A program made the position numbers and the translations under genes. Shown in pieces: positions 58,430-64,000 of a DNA stretch of 64,000 bases (the first letter of the stretch is position 1; every line of letters starts with the position of its first letter). Source of the stretch: an uncultured Poribacteria bacterium. Its GTDB lineage: Bacteria; Poribacteria; WGA-4E; WGA-3G. The stretch is taken from assembly GCA_958296135.2 (NCBI GenBank), contig CATQHZ020000001.1, forward strand, positions 4,512,001 to 4,576,000, written 5' to 3'. Below the pieces are notes generated by a model. That model worked only from the letters and a program-made list of their open reading frames with translations, searched no databases and was not told where the DNA came from.

Positions 58430-58458
58430 AGTATACCACATTTTTGTGCGTTTGTCAA
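58430..58458 (-). promoter_or_regulatory. strong sigma-70 promoter for leader + lamin-tail gene
   Basis: TTGACA-17 nt-TATACT with extended -10 TG. Confidence 0.75.
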
Positions 58459-58518
58459 ATTAAAAATGTGATTTTTTTAGATGCTATCATTTTTTCACAT
58501 TTTTGTCAAGAATTTTCT

Positions 58519-59443
58519 AGGGGCCCTTTTCACCGTCGGCCCCTTTTCACCGTAGCGCGAGGGCCCGGCGATCTCCCTTCAAAACGGCCCTTTTAACCGT
58601 AGCGCGAGGGCCTGTCCCTCGCGATCTCTCGATCCCTCAAAACGGCCCTTATTAACCGTAGCGCGAGGGCCTGTCCCTCGCGATCTCTCGACCGATAAGA
58701 AAGGCCCCCTTTCACCCTCGCGCGCGGGAAAACCTGTTCCTCGCGAACCCTCTTGATAGACCGATGCATGGCGCAGCACAGGACCGCGCCCTACGGAACT
58801 AAGGGGCCCTTTTCACCGACGGGCCCTTTTCACCGTAGCGCGAGGGCCTGTCCCTCGCGATCGTTCGCGCGACAAGAAGGGCCCCTTTTCACCGATGCAT
58901 GGCGCAGCACAGGACCGCGCCCTACGGACTAAGGGGCCCTTTCACCATCGCGCAAGAACCTGTCCCTCGCAATCCCTCTTGATAGACCGATGCATGGCGC
59001 AGCACAGGACCGCGCCCTACGGAACTAAGGGGCCCTTTCACCATCGCGCAAGAACCTGTCCCTCGCAATCCCTCTTGATAGACCGATGCATGGCGCAGCA
59101 CAGGACCGCGCCCTACGGAACTAAGGCATGCATGGCGCGGCACAGGACCGCGCCCTACGGAACTAAGGGGCCCTTTTCACCGACGGCCCCTTTTAACCGT
59201 AGCGCGAGGGCCGTCACGCCGAAACTTTGTCATCTCTGCCGCCTCGCTGCAGAGATGTCCACTGTCCCTCGCGATCGCTCGACCGACACGAAAAACACCC
59301 GAAACCCCAGGGCTACCGCCATCTCCGTTGCGGATCGATGCATGGCGCGGCACAGGACCGCGCCCTACGGACTAAGCCCCCTTTTCACCGATGCATGGCG
59401 CGGCACAGGACCGCGCCCTACGGAACGCAGCGCGGTCCCCCTT
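58519..59443. repeat. mosaic REP array 3
   Basis: Same unit classes as array 2; about 95-bp tandem units at 58891-59125. Confidence 0.92.
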
Positions 59444-59914
59444 TTAACCATCCCCCGCAATCCCCCGCGCAAGAACATAAGCATCTTGACCAGGGCCATA
59501 ATAATTCTTGCGCAGGCGACAGATGCGAAATCCAAATTGCCGATAGAGAGAATGCGCCGCTACATTCGCAACATCTACCTCCAAAAAGACCTGGGTTCCG
59601 CCGTTCGCCGCAATAATTTCCAATGTCGTAGCGAGGAGATATTTCGCAAGCCCGCGCCGCCGATATGCAGCAGCAACGGCGAGATTGAAGAGATGTCCCT
59701 CATCACAGACTATCCGAAACACCACGTAGCCGACGATGCATTCGTCAAGCCGGGCGACATAAAAATGCTCGTTCGGCTTCGGGTTGCGAAGCCCCATTCG
59801 GAAATAGGATGCGTGCCACGGGGACGTGAACGCCTCGTTTTCAATCTCCATCACCTGCTGCAAATCTGCCGGTTGCATCTTCTCGAAAACCACGGCTGGA
59901 AACGGATTTTCCAT
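59444..59914 (-). CDS. rimI: ribosomal protein S18 N-acetyltransferase
   Basis: IE..AFTSPW, NLAV...YRRRGLAK.LL, FLEV...N..A..LY..FGF....RKNYY. Confidence 0.88.
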   Translation of the reverse strand: MENPFPAVVFEKMQPADLQQVMEIENEAFTSPWHASYFRMGLRNPKPNEHFYVARLDECIVGYVVFRIVCDEGHLFNLAVAAAYRRRGLAKYLLATTLEIIAANGGTQVFLEVDVANVAAHSLYRQFGFRICRLRKNYYGPGQDAYVLARGIAGDG

Positions 59915-59986
59915 GGTGAGGCACCAATGAACGTTGAAAAAATAGCAGCGAGCACGGAGTTATCGTCAGGCGAAGTCCACAAACAT

Positions 59987-61336
59987 TTATTTCGCCAAAT
60001 TTCGTGCTTCTTTGAACTTCCGCTTTGCGAATTGTCCCCACTCTTTGAGTTTCTCGTTGCGGAACCCCGGGTCTTTCCATTCGGCGGTGGCGAACTGCAT
60101 CGCCTCTTCTTCGGAGAGCGGCATCTGCGTGAGGACGGCTATGGCTGCCTCGCGCTTCGCCGCGTCTTTGCATGTCCCAATCGCCTTCCACGCGTTCCCC
60201 AGGTCTTTGTGCGAATCAATGATAAGCACGCCGAAAAGGTCGTTGACGATATCCCACCGAGCCCCGCCTTTCTTCGCATCGTATTGGAACGGCGTGAACC
60301 CGAGCGTGAACGGATTTGTCACGATGCACCGGTCCCCGAGTTTATCGTAGAGCGCGGGGAGCACACTTGCGCGGTTCAACCCGCCTGCCCACGTCGGGCC
60401 CTCCGGATCCGTGTCCGGAAGCATCCAGAGTTTTTGGCCGCGCTCAGAAAGGACAAATTCGATGAACTTTCGCGCCACCTCCAGATTCGGCGCGCCTTTG
60501 AGAATAGCGATCGAGTCCGGGTTGACGACGGTCCCATCACTCGGCATGACGTACTTAATTTTATCGGCACCGACAACGACAATCTGTCCGTATGCGTAAA
60601 AATCAATCGCCATCCCATAAATGACCTCGCCTGTCACCACGTCTTTCGGAATAGCGTTTGCCCCGGCAGAGAATCTTCGCACGTTCCCGCCGATTTTTGT
60701 GAGGAGCGCGAACCCATCTTCCCACCCGTGGGTTTGGAGAATGATTTCATACATCATGTGCGCAGAGCCGCTCTCCCTCGGGTCAGCCGCACCGATTTTA
60801 CCGCGCAACGCTGGCGCACCTAAATCCTGCCACGCTTCTGCCGCCGGGAGCCCAAGCAGCACTCGCAACTCATCGTTGGACATAATGCCGAAACTTGATA
60901 ACGCCGCGCCATACCACTGATACTCCGCATCGTAAACCGGAATACCGTGGAAGGATTGCGGAATCTGTTCCAGTTGTGCCGCCGGCAGTTTGTAGGGGCT
61001 CAAGAGGTTTTGCGATGCGAGACGCAGGTAACTGTCGGTGCCGCCACCGAAAAACAGGTCGATGCCGATGCCTTCGGGGACGCGCTTAAACTCCGAGTCG
61101 ATAAACCGGTAGTTAGAAGAGGTGCCGCCGACATCGCGCCAATCGACTTCAACGCTCCTGCCGGTCTGCGCTTGATACCACTTCTTGAAATTTTTATCAA
61201 ATTCCGTCTGAATGCCCTCCGAGTGCGGTGAGATGATAATGAGTTCATCCCGTGCAAATAGGGCAGTGGGCAGTGCTAGCAGACAGAACATTATTCCGAT
61301 TAAGCACTCCAGCGGAGTGCAATGTCTATAGAACAC
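59987..61336 (-). CDS. ABC transporter substrate-binding protein (Fe3+/AfuA-like family)
   Basis: Signal peptide, ISPH, DLFFGGG, ADPRESGS, PDSIAILKGAPN; RBS AAGGAG. Confidence 0.88.
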   Translation of the reverse strand: MFYRHCTPLECLIGIMFCLLALPTALFARDELIIISPHSEGIQTEFDKNFKKWYQAQTGRSVEVDWRDVGGTSSNYRFIDSEFKRVPEGIGIDLFFGGGTDSYLRLASQNLLSPYKLPAAQLEQIPQSFHGIPVYDAEYQWYGAALSSFGIMSNDELRVLLGLPAAEAWQDLGAPALRGKIGAADPRESGSAHMMYEIILQTHGWEDGFALLTKIGGNVRRFSAGANAIPKDVVTGEVIYGMAIDFYAYGQIVVVGADKIKYVMPSDGTVVNPDSIAILKGAPNLEVARKFIEFVLSERGQKLWMLPDTDPEGPTWAGGLNRASVLPALYDKLGDRCIVTNPFTLGFTPFQYDAKKGGARWDIVNDLFGVLIIDSHKDLGNAWKAIGTCKDAAKREAAIAVLTQMPLSEEEAMQFATAEWKDPGFRNEKLKEWGQFAKRKFKEARNLAK

Positions 61337-61371
61337 AGGTTTGATTCTCCTTTATAATTTTTCCTAACAAC

Positions 61372-62262
61372 AGCCCCTTTTAACCGTCGCGCGGCCTGTC
61401 CCCCGCGAACCCCTTGATAGACCCAAGCATGGCGCAGCACAGGACCGCGCCCTACGGACTAAGGGCCCTTTTCACCGACGGCCCCTTTTAACCGTAGCGC
61501 GAGGGCCCGGCGATCTCCCTTCAAAACGGCCCTTTTAACCGTAGCGCGAGGGCCGTCACGCCGAAACTTTGTCATCTCTGCCGCCTCGCTGCAGAGATGT
61601 CCACTGTCCCTCGCGATCTCTCGACCGACACGAAAAACACCCGAAACCCCAGGGCTACCGCCATCTCCGTTGCGGATCGATGCATGGCGCGGCACAGGAC
61701 CGCGCCCTACGGACGAAAGGGGCATTTTCACCGACGGCCCCTTTTAACCGTAGCGCGAGGGCCTGTCCCTCGCGATCTCACCCGCCACCAAACATACCCC
61801 TTTTAACCGTAGCGCGAGGGACAGGCGAGCGCGAATCGCCGAGGGTTCCACTCGCGAACCCCTTGATAGACCGACGCAAGGCGAGGGCCTGTCCCTCGCG
61901 ATCTCACCCCCAAACAAAAAAACACCAACAACCCGAAAAAACGATTTCATCGGCAGACCGCAGCACGGCGAGGGACAGGCCCTCGCCCTACGGACTAAGG
62001 GGCATTTTCACCGAGGCATGGCGCGGCACAGGACCGCGCCCTACGGACTAAGGGGCCCTTTTAACCGAAGCATGGCGCGGCACAGGACCGCGCCCTACAG
62101 ACTAAGGGGCCCTTTTAACCGACGGGCCCTTTTAACCGTAGCGCGAGGGCCTGTCCCTCGCGATCTCACCCGCCACCAAACATACCCCTTTTCATCGCAG
62201 CGCGAGGGAAAACCCGGCGAGCGCGAATCGCCGAGGGTTCCACTCGCGAGCGTCCTACAGGC
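61372..62262. repeat. mosaic REP array 4
   Basis: Same unit classes; shares an about 180-bp block with array 3. Confidence 0.92.
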
Positions 62263-62444
62263 GCGACACAATCGCCGGCATCTTCCACACAAGAACGATA
62301 ATGCCAACAAGCAAAATAAGATACCACACGATTAAGGTTCGGATGCGCGTCCGCTTGAAGATGGGACGCCGCGGGCGTTGCAATTTCATCAGAGCTCCTT
62401 GCACGATTGGAAACCGCGCTTACCAGGGGTGCAAACCTCAAGGT

Positions 62445-63476
62445 TCAAGCCCGTTTCTTCCACGGGGTTGAGATTCCGTGTTTGACAGCTTTGATGCTAG
62501 AAATCCCGTAATCGAAGACTGTCTCGATATTGAATTCAAAGCCTTCGTAGCCGACTTTCTCGCCGGCACGCGGCAATCTGCCGAGCAGCATGAGGATAAA
62601 GCCGCCGATAGTATCACACCGGTTCGTGGCGATGCCGATGCCTAATTCAAGGTTGACATCGGCGATGGCGGCACGTGCATCAAGCCGCCACGCACCTTTG
62701 CCGAGTTTCTCAACGCGCGGCGCATCGCGCTTCCGATTCCCAGCTATCTCGCCGACAATCTTCTCTAAAATATCGATTAATTCGACAAACCCGACGCAAC
62801 TGCCGTGCTCGTTAATCACGATGGCAACCGGCATCTCAGACTGCCGCAGCTCCTCCATCAACTCGATAGCCGGCTTCACTTCCGGCACATAATACACCTC
62901 CCTCACGAAAGAGGAAAGATCCTCGAAATGCTGGCCGGTTGCAAGCACCTCCACGGTGTTGATGACACCGAGGAGCCAGTCAATCCGTTCGTTATAGATA
63001 GGAATGTAACGGTAGTTGAATTGATGATAGAGCTCGCGGACTTCTATAGAGGACGAAGCCAAAGTCAAGGCGACTATCTCCGACAGCGGCACCATCACTT
63101 CGCGCGTCGTCCGTGTTGTCAAAGAGAAGACAGCGCGTAGCAACTGCGCCTCCTTTTCCGGAAACGCATCGATGTTCTCTAATAGCAGTTTCCCGAGCTG
63201 CTCGCGCGAGGGAGTCGCACTCCGTTTTAACCCGCCGAAGAACCCGCGCTTCTGCTGCTTTACCTCCTGTTCGTCATAGACAACAAGCGCGTCAGAGTCA
63301 ACGAATTGAACGTTCGCGCCTTCCTGTTTACCCGGTTCAAGCGCAGGATTCTTTTTCTGTTCTGGATTTTGGGATTTCATATCGCTCATATCGCTCATAG
63401 TTCGCATATCTCGCAAGACAAGTATTTTTCCGTGGGAAACGGGCGGAGACTTAACGACATCCGCCCTGACAGACAC
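62445..63476 (-). CDS. CBS-pair + CorC/HlyC domain protein
   Basis: REVMVP, YYVPE.K, VINEHG..VG.V...DILE.IVGEI, DTIGGF...LGRLP. True start probably about 63379-63406. Confidence 0.88.
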   Translation of the reverse strand: MSVRADVVKSPPVSHGKILVLRDMRTMSDMSDMKSQNPEQKKNPALEPGKQEGANVQFVDSDALVVYDEQEVKQQKRGFFGGLKRSATPSREQLGKLLLENIDAFPEKEAQLLRAVFSLTTRTTREVMVPLSEIVALTLASSSIEVRELYHQFNYRYIPIYNERIDWLLGVINTVEVLATGQHFEDLSSFVREVYYVPEVKPAIELMEELRQSEMPVAIVINEHGSCVGFVELIDILEKIVGEIAGNRKRDAPRVEKLGKGAWRLDARAAIADVNLELGIGIATNRCDTIGGFILMLLGRLPRAGEKVGYEGFEFNIETVFDYGISSIKAVKHGISTPWKKRA

Positions 63477-63599
63477 AGGCTGTGCACGCGCTCCGAAAAC
63501 GCCGCCCGCCTTAATTACCGAAACTTCGTTAGAGGCTTAATAACTACAAAGAGCTCTCCTCCTGATGAAAACGCAAACCGGCGCGCTAAGGTTTCAGAA

Positions 63600-64000
63600 T
63601 CACGCGAAAGCAGTGAGCGTCAACTCCGTCTTCCCGCCGAGCCCCGCGACCACGGGGAACGTGCGTTCCGCCGGTTTGCCACCCTTTGGCACATACCGGA
63701 CTCTCGGCGAAAAATAGGCATAAAGCGCGGTGTTGCGCGGATTCGGCGAGGCATTCGGGCCTGAGCCATGCACCATGAGGCTATGGAAAAACAGGGCACT
63801 GCCAGCGGCAAGCGGCACATCCATTTGCTGTTGGGCCACATCCTGCCGCTCTGTCAACGCTGCATCTTGTTGGCGCGCGATGTTCCCCCATTCCTGCATG
63901 CCCCACAGATGGCTCCTCGGAATCACCTTGAAACAGCCGTTCTCCGGCGTTGCCTCGTTGAGCGCAAGACTCACCGTGACAAGGTGCGGCGGTTCCATCG
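63600..64000 (-). CDS. PhyH-family dioxygenase, 5'-truncated by window edge
   Basis: AL.EATPENGC..VIPRSH, FFHSL.VHGS..N.S...R. Confidence 0.88.
   Translation of the reverse strand, partial: MEPPHLVTVSLALNEATPENGCFKVIPRSHLWGMQEWGNIARQQDAALTERQDVAQQQMDVPLAAGSALFFHSLMVHGSGPNASPNPRNTALYAYFSPRVRYVPKGGKPAERTFPVVAGLGGKTELTLTAFA

Noticed and set aside
58895-60823. 642-aa plus-strand ORF and other ORFs over the REP arrays
   Set aside because: Translations of GC-rich repeats joined to the antisense shadow of rimI and the SBP gene; no RBS or domain signal.

Overview
A 64-kb GC-rich bacterial chromosomal segment, most likely Candidatus Poribacteria. That assignment is an inference from secreted LamG proteins with a C-terminal 'KLA.(S/T)WG..K' tail, PhyH, FGE-sulfatase and lamin-tail proteins. 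The window is mainly housekeeping and sugar-acid catabolic genes (uxaA-like, thrC, hisC, ispG, uppP, tatD, rimI, enolases, Gfo/Idh/MocA), plus a surface-glycan cluster and a DUF4011-helicase-nuclease (Hhe-like) defence gene. The notable signals are: (1) three non-autonomous IS607-like TnpB elements with ends mappable by eye; one splits a hicB gene, one replaces the C-terminus of uppP and carries a strongly paired 5' leader RNA, and two are sister copies with different hairpin cassettes at the same leader position; (2) a multi-class GTAG-type REP system forming 0.6-0.9 kb mosaic arrays, nested loop insertions, in-frame peptide insertions in several proteins and stop codons for adjacent genes; (3) a poly-C leader ORF that could phase-vary a 1350-aa lamin-tail surface protein; (4) a GrdB/PrdB-like selenoprotein split at UGA; (5) a nonsense-inactivated vapC behind a large protein with an antitoxin-like tail. 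No rRNA, tRNA, CRISPR array, reverse transcriptase or transposase was seen. All calls come from reading the sequence; no searches were run.
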